From: Deinococcales bacterium | GTDB taxonomy: Bacteria > Deinococcota > Deinococci > Deinococcales > JAAFIG01 | NCBI GenBank assembly: GCA_013298185.1 | Contig: JAAFJQ010000002.1 | Location: 9,591 to 73,590 of the forward strand | Reading direction: 5' to 3' | Length of the DNA: 64,000 nucleotides | Notes under the pieces: generated by a model | Told to the model about the DNA's origin: nothing | Seen by the model: the letters and a program-made list of their open reading frames with translations, nothing else | Databases searched by the model: none | Made by a program: the position numbers and the translations under genes | Shown: positions 10,722 to 19,362 of the stretch, one piece after another | Layout: every line of letters begins with the position of its first letter | Position numbering within the stretch: the stretch's first letter is position 1

Positions 10722-10834
10722 TTATTTTTTGACTTCCTCGAACACTGGCACATCCCCAAGCAGTGGCTCGAGACCCGCGTAGCGCCGTTGCCAATGCTCG
10801 AGCCAGCTTGTAAATAGCCAAAGCCTTTAGACGG
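10722..10834 (-). repeat. HNH-gene 3' tail fragment, copy B, plus the same 26-nt junction block
   Basis: The minus strand reads ...LEHWQRRYAGLEPLLGDVPVFEEVKK-stop. The junction 26-mer lies at 10809-10834 and ends one base before the RES gene stop codon (10836-10838). Confidence 0.85.
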
Positions 10835-10835
10835 A

Positions 10836-11420
10836 TTACGACAAAATTTGAATGGTTGGCAGGACATTCTCAGGGTCAAATAAGGTCAGTGTGCAATTAT
10901 GCTGCGTGGCAACACTTGGGAAAATAATTAGATTTTTACCGTTATCTGCTCGAGCGCTTTCGGCAATGAACGCAGCAAAAAGTTGGTGTTCGATGTTCAT
11001 TCGCCCTAGAGCCTGAGTGGGTGATTCAAGACCACGGTTTTGCATTCGGATAAAATTCCCACTGAGTTCTTGTGTGTTTGTTCCAAGAGCTGCTTGAACA
11101 GTTGTACTGGTTAAATCCAAGGCGCGGATGTTGGTGCTTTCTAAGGTCAGGATGCTCGAGGGTCTGAAACGCCCCGCCAGTCTGGGATCGGTGTGCGCGT
11201 AATGTTGCATTTCGGCGATCATGGTTTCAATTTCAAGGCTGGTGTATAACGCCTCGAGCTTCTTTGGGTTAAATCGCCCACCTGCAAGAGCGCTTCCCAA
11301 CGCATTGAGTGGATTTTCGATGTACTTGAGGTTGGTACTGCGAAACGAGAGGTAATCTTGGGGTTGGGTTTGCTTCAACAATTTTTTAAGGGTACTTAAA
11401 AGTTGTTTTTCTGAGTTCAT
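10836..11420 (-). CDS. RES-domain toxin (NAD+-targeting family)
   Basis: 194 aa. GGRFNP motif, ALYTSLEIETMIAEM. 4-nt overlap with the upstream Xre/DUF2384 antitoxin gene. Confidence 0.8.
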   Translation of the reverse strand: MNSEKQLLSTLKKLLKQTQPQDYLSFRSTNLKYIENPLNALGSALAGGRFNPKKLEALYTSLEIETMIAEMQHYAHTDPRLAGRFRPSSILTLESTNIRALDLTSTTVQAALGTNTQELSGNFIRMQNRGLESPTQALGRMNIEHQLFAAFIAESARADNGKNLIIFPSVATQHNCTLTLFDPENVLPTIQILS

Positions 11421-11824
11421 GCGGTTTGTCCTCGCTCGAACATCTCGAGCAAGTCATTTACACTGGCTAAATCGCCTTCTAGGATGCAATCCATTGGGGT
11501 TTGATAATCGAGGTCTGGGTGCGGTGCGCGTAGCCAAATTCGGGTGTACTCGAGTGAGTTGTCTAGTAACGCTTTGAGGCGTTGAGCGATGATGGAGAGT
11601 TGTAAAAACTTTTTTTGGTAATTGTTTGAATTTGGTGTTTTGCGTAAGGCACTGTCTGAGACGCTTAAATACCGTGCCATTTCGGTCACGGTTAAGCCGA
11701 GTGCTGTGGCAAGTTTAAGACCATCGAAACGCCCTGTTTCAGGTTCTTGAGCTTCAAAAATGACGTGTGCTGTGAGGATGTTTGAATTGATGGGTGACAT
11801 AATTCTCTCTTTGTTTCTATACAT
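11417..11824 (-). CDS. Xre/MbcA/ParS-type antitoxin with C-terminal DUF2384 toxin-binding domain (start may be 11800)
   Basis: HTH region LGLTVTEMARYLSVSDSALRK. DUF2384-type C-terminus WLRAPHPDLDYQTPMDCILEGDLASVNDLL. Confidence 0.8.
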   Translation of the reverse strand: MYRNKERIMSPINSNILTAHVIFEAQEPETGRFDGLKLATALGLTVTEMARYLSVSDSALRKTPNSNNYQKKFLQLSIIAQRLKALLDNSLEYTRIWLRAPHPDLDYQTPMDCILEGDLASVNDLLEMFERGQTA

Positions 11825-12003
11825 AGTATTTAGGGTTTAAAAATTCATTCGTATTTTTTTAAGGTAAGACATTTTCAGTGTTTTTTTAGACTCCTTTGCA
11901 AGATAGCTGGCGAATGCTCGAGCTGAACAAAGTTTAGTCTTTGGTTTTGTTTCTGTCAAGTTTTAGTTGTTTTTTTGTTGTGAAAAGGTTTATTGAAAGA
12001 TAT

Positions 12004-12279
12004 TCACTTTCTGACTTCTTCAAACTCTGGTAAGTCCCCCAATAGTGGCTCGAGACCCGCATAACGCCGTTGCCAATGCTCGAGCCGAGCGTGTTCGGAT
12101 TGACTTGGCATGATGACCAGATTCTCGGGGGAATTATCGAGCTTATCGCCATTCTTGTGATGCACCACTTCTCGAGGGTCAAGAGAGCGCCCTAGCTTTT
12201 GTTCGGCTGCTAAGCGATGGGCATAACGGGGGTTCTGACCGCGTTCTGGACTATGGACTCGAGTTCGTTTGTATCTCAT
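12004..12279 (-). CDS. Small HNH endonuclease (intact family member)
   Basis: 91 aa. HNH core VVHHKNGDKLDNSPENLVIM...H. GGAGG RBS 7 nt upstream. Related fragments at 8918-9031, 10722-10834 and 45425-45616. Confidence 0.85.
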   Translation of the reverse strand: MRYKRTRVHSPERGQNPRYAHRLAAEQKLGRSLDPREVVHHKNGDKLDNSPENLVIMPSQSEHARLEHWQRRYAGLEPLLGDLPEFEEVRK

Positions 12280-12340
12280 GATGATTCCTCCGAGATAAAC
12301 ACCAACGACGGCAAAATTGCAGCCACACTGACGGCTTGAT

Positions 12341-12979
12341 TCATGCGCTGACCATCGCTTCGAGGTATGGGGTGATGATGTTTTGCACTCGGCAGGCTCG
12401 AGCCATGTTCCAGAGTTGGTCTTGGGTGAAGCGTTTTTCAGTTAAGCATTGTTTCAGGGCTTCCAAGGCAACATCCAAACCGATTTGATGACGGAACTTA
12501 AAGCAATCAGCCACAGTACGGGCAGGGGAATAGATTTGCACTGATACACCGTCTATGTATACAGTCTCGAGACCCGTGTGGAAGTGTTTAGCATCAAAGT
12601 GATGAACTTTGACCCCGAGGGTCTGAGGATCACGGGTGCGGGTGGGTATGGCAACCCATGTTTCATAGGGCATTTGCGTGGTGATTTGGTGGTACTCGAG
12701 GGCTGAAATCAGGCAGATGGCAGCTTTAGGGATTTGTAAGGCAATTTCAGCGAGGCGTTGATGGGCGCTGGTGGGGATGTTGGGATTGAGGTACATTCCT
12801 CTGGCAAGTCGCTGTAGTCGACCTTGTTTGACCATACGACCAATGGCGGTGCGTGAGTAGCCTTGCTGCTCGAGGGTTTGGGTGTTGAGCAGTGGCGGTA
12901 AGTTGTTATCTGTTACAGTTTGCTTACTGTTATTCACAAGTATCAACATATTGTAACACAAAACTTTGTGGCGAAACAA
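12341..12979 (-). CDS. AbiEi-family antitoxin paralogue with no abiEii partner
   Basis: Same architecture as 9083-9709 (GRMVKQGRLQRLARGMY; ICLISALEYHQIT; IYSPARTVADCFKF). The downstream gene is the HNH endonuclease, not a nucleotidyltransferase. Confidence 0.75.
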   Translation of the reverse strand: MFRHKVLCYNMLILVNNSKQTVTDNNLPPLLNTQTLEQQGYSRTAIGRMVKQGRLQRLARGMYLNPNIPTSAHQRLAEIALQIPKAAICLISALEYHQITTQMPYETWVAIPTRTRDPQTLGVKVHHFDAKHFHTGLETVYIDGVSVQIYSPARTVADCFKFRHQIGLDVALEALKQCLTEKRFTQDQLWNMARACRVQNIITPYLEAMVSA

Positions 12980-13011
12980 GTGTTAAGTATCTCCTAACAA
13001 CAGATGTAGTT

Positions 13012-13056
13012 AGTACACTGTCAACAAAAATCTACGATTTTTGTTGACAGTGTACT
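13012..13056. repeat. Perfect 21-bp inverted repeat AGTACACTGTCAACAAAAATC-TAC-GATTTTTGTTGACAGTGTACT
   Basis: Read directly. Lies between the divergent abiEi paralogue and the PIN fragment, so it is an operator or an element end rather than a terminator (no T-run). Confidence 0.85.
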
Positions 13057-13059
13057 TAA

Positions 13060-13320
13060 TTGAGCAAGCTCAAGAACTTGGTTAGGAAGTTTGTAACCTT
13101 AAACCTTTGGGATTTTCCAGCTTCTCTACTTGAACCATTCGGCATTCAGGCGGTGTATCCAGATGATTTTGTGCTTGAACTGATAGACTTCGATTTACCT
13201 CAGGTTGTGCAGGCATTGATTGCCCGTCAGGAGCGATTCAAAAATACGCAGTCTGAAAACCCACCTCGAGCGGTTATGGCACTAACCACGAAGCAACTCA
13301 AAGATAGCTTGAAGAGTTGA
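13060..13320 (+). pseudogene. 3' fragment of a PIN-domain toxin gene
   Basis: The 86-aa ORF starts at TTG. VTLNLWDFPASLLEPFGIQAVYPDDFVLELIDFDLPQVV...KN matches, from memory, the C-terminal part (xTFNxKDFP...PDEFL) of a PIN-toxin family. The N-terminal catalytic half is absent. Confidence 0.45.
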
Positions 13321-13375
13321 ATCAGTGGGGGCGCTATTCATAATCACCTCATTTCGGATTGTTTATAGGTTGCTT

Positions 13376-14671
13376 TCAGCTTGGTGTTAAGTTCTTACGG
13401 CTCGAGTACATAAAGGCTTCTGCTATCATTGGTTCTGAAAGTAAAAACCCTTGTACAAACTGACAATCTTGTTCTTTCAGCCAAGCGAGTTGAGTTTCTG
13501 TTTCTACCCCTTGAGCCACCACCTCCAGACCAAATTGCTTAGCAATGAAGAACATGGTCTTTAACAGTATTTTTATTTGTGGTTGCTCGAGTTCTTGAAT
13601 GAATCGTCGGTGAATTTTGAGTCGTTTAAAACCAAGTTCTTGGAGCAACGCAAGGTTGGTTGCACCTACTCCAAAGTCATCGAGTGATACATCAATCCCG
13701 TATGCTGCTAAAGATTGTATGGTCGTGGCGTTACTTATATGGTTGGCTGTTTCAGAAATTTCTAAGGACAGGACATGGCTAGGCAAATGATGGTTTTGGA
13801 GGGCTTTTTTGACACTTTCCGCGAAGTCTTTTTGTAGAAAACGCTGTGATGAAACATTGACGAAAAACTGTAGATTTGGCTCGAGTTTGCGCCAAGAGGC
13901 GCAGCGTTTGAGTACCTCTGAAATAACCCAATCGTCGAGTTGGGCAGCCAATCCAAGTGATTGCAACAGCGGCAAAAATTCGGCTGGAGTTAGTAAACCA
14001 AGACTTGGGTGCTGCCAACGAAGTAAAACTTCATAACCACTGACACGGTGCGTGCGAAGGTCTATCTGAGGTTGAAAATATAGGCAAAATGATTTTTCAG
14101 CGCAGGCTTTAATCACTTCTCGACTCAGTGCTAAACGTTGGTCAAGCATTTGCTGAAGTTGCGGTGTAAACCATTGGCTTTGCCGTTTGCCTAAGCGCTT
14201 GACGTGATACAGCGCGACATCAGCCGCGTGGAGCAGCGTTTTTGAAGAACGCCCATTGTCTGGAAATAAGCTGATTCCGATACTAATGCCAACGTAAACG
14301 GTTTGCTCGAGCCGAAATGGTGCTTCAAAGACCTCGAGCAGACGGTCAGCCAGTCGTTGCACTACGGCAATGTCAGTAAGATTGGGTAGGACGATCACAA
14401 ATTCATCGCCACCCCACCGACTTAACAAGTCCGTTGGGCGAATGTTTTCTTGTAATCTACGAGCTACAGCTTGTAGGATTTGGTCGCCAAATTGATGCCC
14501 CCAAGTGTCGTTGATTTGCTTAAATCCATCCAAATCCAAGAACAAAACTGCCAGTTGATCTGGCACGGTGGTGTGTTTTTGAATCCACTGCTCGAGTTGG
14601 CTTTCAAATTGTTCGCGCCGAGGCAGTAAGGTCAGGGTTTCGGGTGGTAAAGCGTGGGATATGTGCATCAT
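13376..14671 (-). CDS. GGDEF-EAL dual-domain c-di-GMP turnover protein with no N-terminal sensor domain
   Basis: Start ATG 14671 (MMHISH) behind an AAGGAG RBS. GGDEF motif RWGGDEFVIVL. EAL-domain motifs YEVLLRW, LEISET, DDFGVG, QGVETE, VQGF. Confidence 0.9.
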   Translation of the reverse strand: MMHISHALPPETLTLLPRREQFESQLEQWIQKHTTVPDQLAVLFLDLDGFKQINDTWGHQFGDQILQAVARRLQENIRPTDLLSRWGGDEFVIVLPNLTDIAVVQRLADRLLEVFEAPFRLEQTVYVGISIGISLFPDNGRSSKTLLHAADVALYHVKRLGKRQSQWFTPQLQQMLDQRLALSREVIKACAEKSFCLYFQPQIDLRTHRVSGYEVLLRWQHPSLGLLTPAEFLPLLQSLGLAAQLDDWVISEVLKRCASWRKLEPNLQFFVNVSSQRFLQKDFAESVKKALQNHHLPSHVLSLEISETANHISNATTIQSLAAYGIDVSLDDFGVGATNLALLQELGFKRLKIHRRFIQELEQPQIKILLKTMFFIAKQFGLEVVAQGVETETQLAWLKEQDCQFVQGFLLSEPMIAEAFMYSSRKNLTPS

Positions 14672-14684
14672 AAGGCTCCTTGAT

Positions 14685-14740
14685 CTCGAGATAAATAATG
14701 CTAGCACTATTTATCTCGAGATTGGGTGCAAAAATCACAT
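14685..14740 (-). promoter_or_regulatory. Promoter/operator module A: 36-bp palindrome CTCGAGATAAATAATGCTAGCACTATTTATCTCGAG plus GTGCAAAAATCACAT box
   Basis: Palindrome 14685-14720 (one mismatched pair). Core TAATGCTAGCACTA 14696-14709. Box 14726-14740, upstream relative to the minus-strand GGDEF-EAL gene. Shared with modules B, D and E. Confidence 0.6.
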
Positions 14741-17034
14741 CAAGGCAGGGTCCCGCTGTAGAGCTTGGTTTCATCGCGGTAACTGGGCAGGTTTCTGTAC
14801 CAGTCTTTGGACTGAACACCACTGCTTTGCGACCAAGGGTCAAATTGTAAATAACCATTGCGAATATCTTCGCCCAGACTGACCCAACCACTGGGTTGAT
14901 TGAGGTGTTCTTTGAGGTGTGCAAAACGAGTTGGCATATTCAGCGCCCAAGGGCGATTATTGCTGTCTTTGTAATACCTGCCTTGGGAGGGGTTGCTGGT
15001 ATCGTCTTGTGTGCCAAATAGACTCTGGTTGGCTTTGCTGGTCGGGGCAAACCCGGGTAAGTGGACTTCAATATCCCGAATTCTGCTGATCATAAATTGG
15101 TCATTGACGAAACTCACAGGGTTGACAATGATAAATGGGTTGTAAGGGACACTCTCGATGGCGCTCAGGGCAACAGGGTTGGTTAAATTGATGGTCACAC
15201 GGACTTTACCGGGGGTCTTGACGGGTTCATCGTCTGCGACATTGCTGTAAAATGGGCGATTGACCAACGAGGGCGGGGTAACGTCATAGCCATCTTCAAA
15301 GACAACAATGGTGGCTTTTTGATGACCGGATTCCAGACCGTTGGCAGCGTACTGAATTGTGCCATAACGCGGTGGTGTTCCAGCTTGTTGTACACCTGAT
15401 TTTTCCCATTGGTAACTGACCGAAGCCACTTGACTGGGCAACAAATTGGTCTGAAAGGCAAAGCCATTGTGGTAGCCACCGCCCAAGGCTTTGACCGTAT
15501 ACTCACCGACAATTTGCACCAGTTGGTTGCTGGCATTGGTGACATGGGTGATGTTGTAATCAATCACCATGTCGTTAAAGTCATAATCGCCGCGTGTGGG
15601 CCAGAGGTCTTCAAACAGCAATGTACCGTAATCGTTTTTGGCAGGAAAGTAACTGTTAAGGGCTTTGCTTGGATCGTTGGGATAATCATCGAATGCGTCA
15701 CTGATACCATCCCCGTCGGAATCGGCGGCTTGCGGGTTGTTGACAGGCGAAAGTGCCACGTTACGCACCACATCGGTGTTCTGGGGGTCTCTGACGGCTA
15801 CGGTGCTGGCAACCGCCGAGGGTGGATTGGCTTGAATCAGTAAAATCGCATCGTTGAAGTCTTGGTCACCGCCTTGGTAGCGTAAAATATCTTCGATTCC
15901 AAGTAGCATACTTTTTTTACCTTCAGCATCGGTGTTGTTGTCGAGTAGCACCGTCTGAGCACTTTTTTCTACGGTCATACCTGCGTTACTTTGGTAAAGT
16001 TGATAGTTGATGGCTTGATCAGAAAAAACGGTTTGTTGTGGTGAGCGTTCGACCACGCTTGTGCCATTCCAACCATTGGCAACCAAAAACCAACCAATGC
16101 CTGTGCCTGCGGGGAAGGTGTCGCTCCATTGTTGGGCGGTGGGTTGTGTGGGGTCGTAATACCGCAGTTGGACTCGCTTACCAGTGCTGAGTCCTCCGCC
16201 TGCATTGGTAAATGAAGCATTTGGGTATGCAATCACCATGCGGTTTTTAATGTCATGGACACTGCTTGGCGGGTTGGCAGCATCGTATAAGTAATAACCC
16301 ACCGAGTTTCGATAACCCGCCCCTTCGTGAATGAAGGTCATCCAGACTTGACCACTTTGCTCCATCACAAGGTTGCTGGCTGCACCTCGAGCAATGTAGT
16401 TTTTAAGTTTGGGGTTATCGGGCAGGGCAATGCCTTCTGGCAAACTGGCGTTGATGGTTTGTAGGGTACTCGAGTTGATGGTTTGGTCGCCATAAAAGTA
16501 ATTGGGTAGACCGGCGTTGGTTCCACTGCTAAAACCACCTAAGTAATTCAGGACTGTGCCACTTGGTAGGTATTGGGGTTTAAGATTGGCTTTAGGGGTT
16601 TGGTTGGCGGTTGTCAGTAGGTTAATTTGCTGGTCGTTGAGTGACAGGCTGACTTTATTGCTGCGAATTGGAATTTCGATCAATTCACTGGTTAAACCAA
16701 TGTAATTGACTTTGACATAGATTTTGTTCAGGTCGGCTGGGATGACCAGTTTCTGGGTGTACAGTCCAGTTGAGTTGGTTAGCCCTCGCAAAACTTCTTT
16801 TTCACCAACTTCTTGGGTGCTGTTGCCTAAATCAATGGCTTTTTTGCTTTGGTAGACAACAAATGGGGCTGCTTTGGCGGGTGCGCCTGCGGCTTTGGCA
16901 CTGATTTGCAAATCCACTTGTTGTGTGGTTGCGTAGTTAAATGCCACGCTTTGTGGTGGGGGGCTTTGGGTTTGCTGACATGCAATTAAACCCATGGTTG
17001 AGGTCAGTGCTGAAAACACGATTGCTTTTTTCAT
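14740..17034 (-). CDS. LruC-domain (DUF4842) surface lipoprotein with a DUF4114-like region
   Basis: 764 aa. Lipobox MKKAIVFSALTSTMGLIAC. WMTFIHEGAGYRNSVGYYLY. DSDGDGISDAFDDYPNDP followed by FEDLWPTRGDYDFNDMVIDY. Confidence 0.75.
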   Translation of the reverse strand: MKKAIVFSALTSTMGLIACQQTQSPPPQSVAFNYATTQQVDLQISAKAAGAPAKAAPFVVYQSKKAIDLGNSTQEVGEKEVLRGLTNSTGLYTQKLVIPADLNKIYVKVNYIGLTSELIEIPIRSNKVSLSLNDQQINLLTTANQTPKANLKPQYLPSGTVLNYLGGFSSGTNAGLPNYFYGDQTINSSTLQTINASLPEGIALPDNPKLKNYIARGAASNLVMEQSGQVWMTFIHEGAGYRNSVGYYLYDAANPPSSVHDIKNRMVIAYPNASFTNAGGGLSTGKRVQLRYYDPTQPTAQQWSDTFPAGTGIGWFLVANGWNGTSVVERSPQQTVFSDQAINYQLYQSNAGMTVEKSAQTVLLDNNTDAEGKKSMLLGIEDILRYQGGDQDFNDAILLIQANPPSAVASTVAVRDPQNTDVVRNVALSPVNNPQAADSDGDGISDAFDDYPNDPSKALNSYFPAKNDYGTLLFEDLWPTRGDYDFNDMVIDYNITHVTNASNQLVQIVGEYTVKALGGGYHNGFAFQTNLLPSQVASVSYQWEKSGVQQAGTPPRYGTIQYAANGLESGHQKATIVVFEDGYDVTPPSLVNRPFYSNVADDEPVKTPGKVRVTINLTNPVALSAIESVPYNPFIIVNPVSFVNDQFMISRIRDIEVHLPGFAPTSKANQSLFGTQDDTSNPSQGRYYKDSNNRPWALNMPTRFAHLKEHLNQPSGWVSLGEDIRNGYLQFDPWSQSSGVQSKDWYRNLPSYRDETKLYSGTLP

Positions 17035-17116
17035 ATCTTTCTCCTAAGAACTTTCCTAATTTGGTTTTGGTGTGAAAATTGCACACTGTAGAACTTTGAA
17101 ATCAGGTAGTCTTCTA

Positions 17117-17161
17117 TAGTGCTAGCACTTAAGATTCTTGGAAGTTGTGCAAAAATCACAC
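17117..17161. promoter_or_regulatory. Promoter/operator module B: TAGTGCTAGCACTT plus GTGCAAAAATCACAC in the divergent region
   Basis: Core 17117-17130, box 17147-17161. On the minus strand the order is box, 16 nt, core, LruC gene. On the plus strand TATAGT (17115-17120) faces the gene at 17185. Confidence 0.55.
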
Positions 17162-17184
17162 AGGGGATATTTAGACCTCGGTAC

Positions 17185-18291
17185 ATGCCCATTGTTTTGA
17201 TTGGGCTGCTGATTGCGCTCAACACTGGTTTTTACACTTTTTTATCCCCTAATCTAATTCGGGAAGCTGTTGGCAAATTGCCATATTGGGATTTGCTCGA
17301 GCGTCCAGATTTGGAGTGGATCACGGTCAGTGGTCAGCCGAAACTCGAGCAGGGAATTTGGGTCGCAAATCAAAAAACTCAAGCTCAAATGCCTTTGATG
17401 CTTTTACCCAATCAAGCCTACCGCGTCAAAATCCCTATTCGGCTCGAGCCGAACGGTGTGGTTGAAATTTGGTTCAATGTCCAGCAAAAGCACCGATTGC
17501 AATCAAGCCACCTGCTGAAACTCGAGTCCAAGCACCAGCGCTTCTACTTGACGGCATGGGTTTACAACCGCTTAGGGGAGCTTCGGATTCTCGAGTCAGC
17601 CGAAGTGGCGGCACAAAATGCGGTTCTGGAGTTACAGGTCAATACTCGGTATTTTCGGGTTTGGTTTGCTCAGCAATGGCTCTTCACCGCCCCTCTCAGC
17701 TATTTAGGCGGGATTCTTGGTGTGGGATTGGAACGTGCCAGTTTGGAGGAGGTTCTGGTGGTCACTGACCCAACACCCATCCCTTCCAATCAGCCTTGGC
17801 AGCTTGTCTCGCCCATATGGCAAGCCCTTGGTGGGACTTGGCGGATTCAGAACGGAGTTCTCGAGCAGATTGACCCACGGGATTTTGATCAATTACTGGT
17901 CTGGCAAAAACCACTGACCGCGCTGCGCTCAATTGAAGTTGAACTCTCGGGTTTTGGGGCTGGGGTTGTATTTGCTATGCCCAAAGCCAACACGTCTCAA
18001 GGGGGGTACATGGTGCGGTTTTCTGAGGATGGCAAAAACTTATTCTGGGGGCGTTTTGGTCAACAAGGCTTTATTGGAAAAGGCAATCGAAGCATCAACG
18101 CCAAAGCTATTCAAAAGCTGCGGCTCGAGTTTCGGCAAAATCAGTTTGATCTGTACTTGAATCAGCAACGCATTGCCCAAAACATTATCATCAGACAGAA
18201 ACACGGGTTTATGGCATTGACCAGTTCCTTATCGTCGGCTCGATTTTTGCAGCTTCGGGTCAATCAGCAAGCGATAGGTTGGTCAAAATGA
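17185..18291 (+). CDS. Hypothetical membrane-anchored protein
   Basis: The ORF-track start (GTG 17119) lies inside the conserved palindrome. The first ATG, at 17185, gives MPIVLIGLLIALNTGFYTFL (a TM anchor). No recognised motif. Confidence 0.5.
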   Translation: MPIVLIGLLIALNTGFYTFLSPNLIREAVGKLPYWDLLERPDLEWITVSGQPKLEQGIWVANQKTQAQMPLMLLPNQAYRVKIPIRLEPNGVVEIWFNVQQKHRLQSSHLLKLESKHQRFYLTAWVYNRLGELRILESAEVAAQNAVLELQVNTRYFRVWFAQQWLFTAPLSYLGGILGVGLERASLEEVLVVTDPTPIPSNQPWQLVSPIWQALGGTWRIQNGVLEQIDPRDFDQLLVWQKPLTALRSIEVELSGFGAGVVFAMPKANTSQGGYMVRFSEDGKNLFWGRFGQQGFIGKGNRSINAKAIQKLRLEFRQNQFDLYLNQQRIAQNIIIRQKHGFMALTSSLSSARFLQLRVNQQAIGWSK

Positions 18292-19352
18292 AGGTCATTT
18301 CAGCTTTTTGGTTTGTTGTTCTGGTTTTTGTCAGCAGCCGCTGCCTTGTGGGTTTGGCAGCCGTGGTCGGGCAGCATTTTTTGCCATTTCCTGCAACTGA
18401 AGCATTTTACCGAATTCACCCAGAGCTACCACTGCTTGACGCGGCGGCTCGTTGGGACAGTGGCTTTTACCTCGAAATTGCCCAATTTGGCTACCGCATG
18501 AGTCTGGGCGAAATCTCGAGTGTGGCATTTTTTCCGTTGTATTCTTTGCTGATTGCCGTTTTTACACCACTGTTTGGTGAGGCTGTCTTAGCTGGGGTAA
18601 TCATCAGCCACCTGTGTTTTTTAATTGGGCTGGTGTTCCTAGAAAAACTAACCAGACAGGTACTGAACCCATCGGCGGCTCGAGTAGCCGTGATGGCGGT
18701 GGCGTTTTTTCCAACTTCGTTTTTCTTTTCAGCCGTGTACACCGAATCCCTATTTTTTATGCTGACCACCATTTTTTTCTACGCGATTCAAACCAAAAAC
18801 CTGCCATTGGCATCGGTCATGGCTTTACTTGCCAGCAGCACCCGCTTTATTGGCTTACTATTGTGTTTTTTGCTGCTGCTCGAGTTTTGGAAAAACAAAA
18901 AACAATGGCTTTGGGTGTTTGCTTCTGGGCTGGGAACACTGAGCTACATGGGTTTTTTAGCCTATATGTTCCAAGACCCAATTGCTTTTTGGACAGTCCA
19001 ACCTGCCTTTGGACGGCAAGGTTTTGATCCAATAAGTGCCTTGCTGCGCGACCTTGCACCGCTTTTTTTAGGGTACTTTGCTTGGAATGTCATTTTGGAT
19101 CTGAGCGCCTTGGGTTTGGTCATAAGCCAAGTGCCACGCTTGTGGCGCATTCGACCCAGTTACGGTGTGTATGCGCTGCTCAGCTTGTTGATACCACTGA
19201 TGAGCGGTACTGGTAGCTTATCGCGTTATGTGCTGGTGGTTGTGCCATTGCTGGTCTTGGCTTATCGCTTGCCAAGATGGTTGTACTGGTTGTCGGGTGG
19301 TTTCTTGGTGATCTTTACGATGCTGTTTTCAACTTGGACATTTGTTGCTTAA
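18288..19352 (+). CDS. Polytopic GT-C-type membrane glycosyltransferase (PIG-V/mannosyltransferase-like)
   Basis: ATGA overlap with the upstream gene. ~9 hydrophobic segments. AARWDSGFYLEIAQFGY...VAFFPLYSLLI pattern. Confidence 0.55.
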   Translation: MKVISAFWFVVLVFVSSRCLVGLAAVVGQHFLPFPATEAFYRIHPELPLLDAAARWDSGFYLEIAQFGYRMSLGEISSVAFFPLYSLLIAVFTPLFGEAVLAGVIISHLCFLIGLVFLEKLTRQVLNPSAARVAVMAVAFFPTSFFFSAVYTESLFFMLTTIFFYAIQTKNLPLASVMALLASSTRFIGLLLCFLLLLEFWKNKKQWLWVFASGLGTLSYMGFLAYMFQDPIAFWTVQPAFGRQGFDPISALLRDLAPLFLGYFAWNVILDLSALGLVISQVPRLWRIRPSYGVYALLSLLIPLMSGTGSLSRYVLVVVPLLVLAYRLPRWLYWLSGGFLVIFTMLFSTWTFVA

Positions 19353-19362
19353 TAGACTGTAC

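Noticed and set aside
17119-17184. Track start (GTG 17119) of the 17119-18291 ORF. Similar upstream extensions occur at 5093, 5601, 14707, 23300, 24437, 25039, 40212, 50797, 52727, 55716 and 59668.
   Set aside because: The GTG lies inside the conserved TAGTGCTAGCAC palindrome. In the other cases an internal ATG gives a signal peptide or lipobox, sits behind a good RBS, or forms an ATGA overlap with the previous stop. The shorter models were used.
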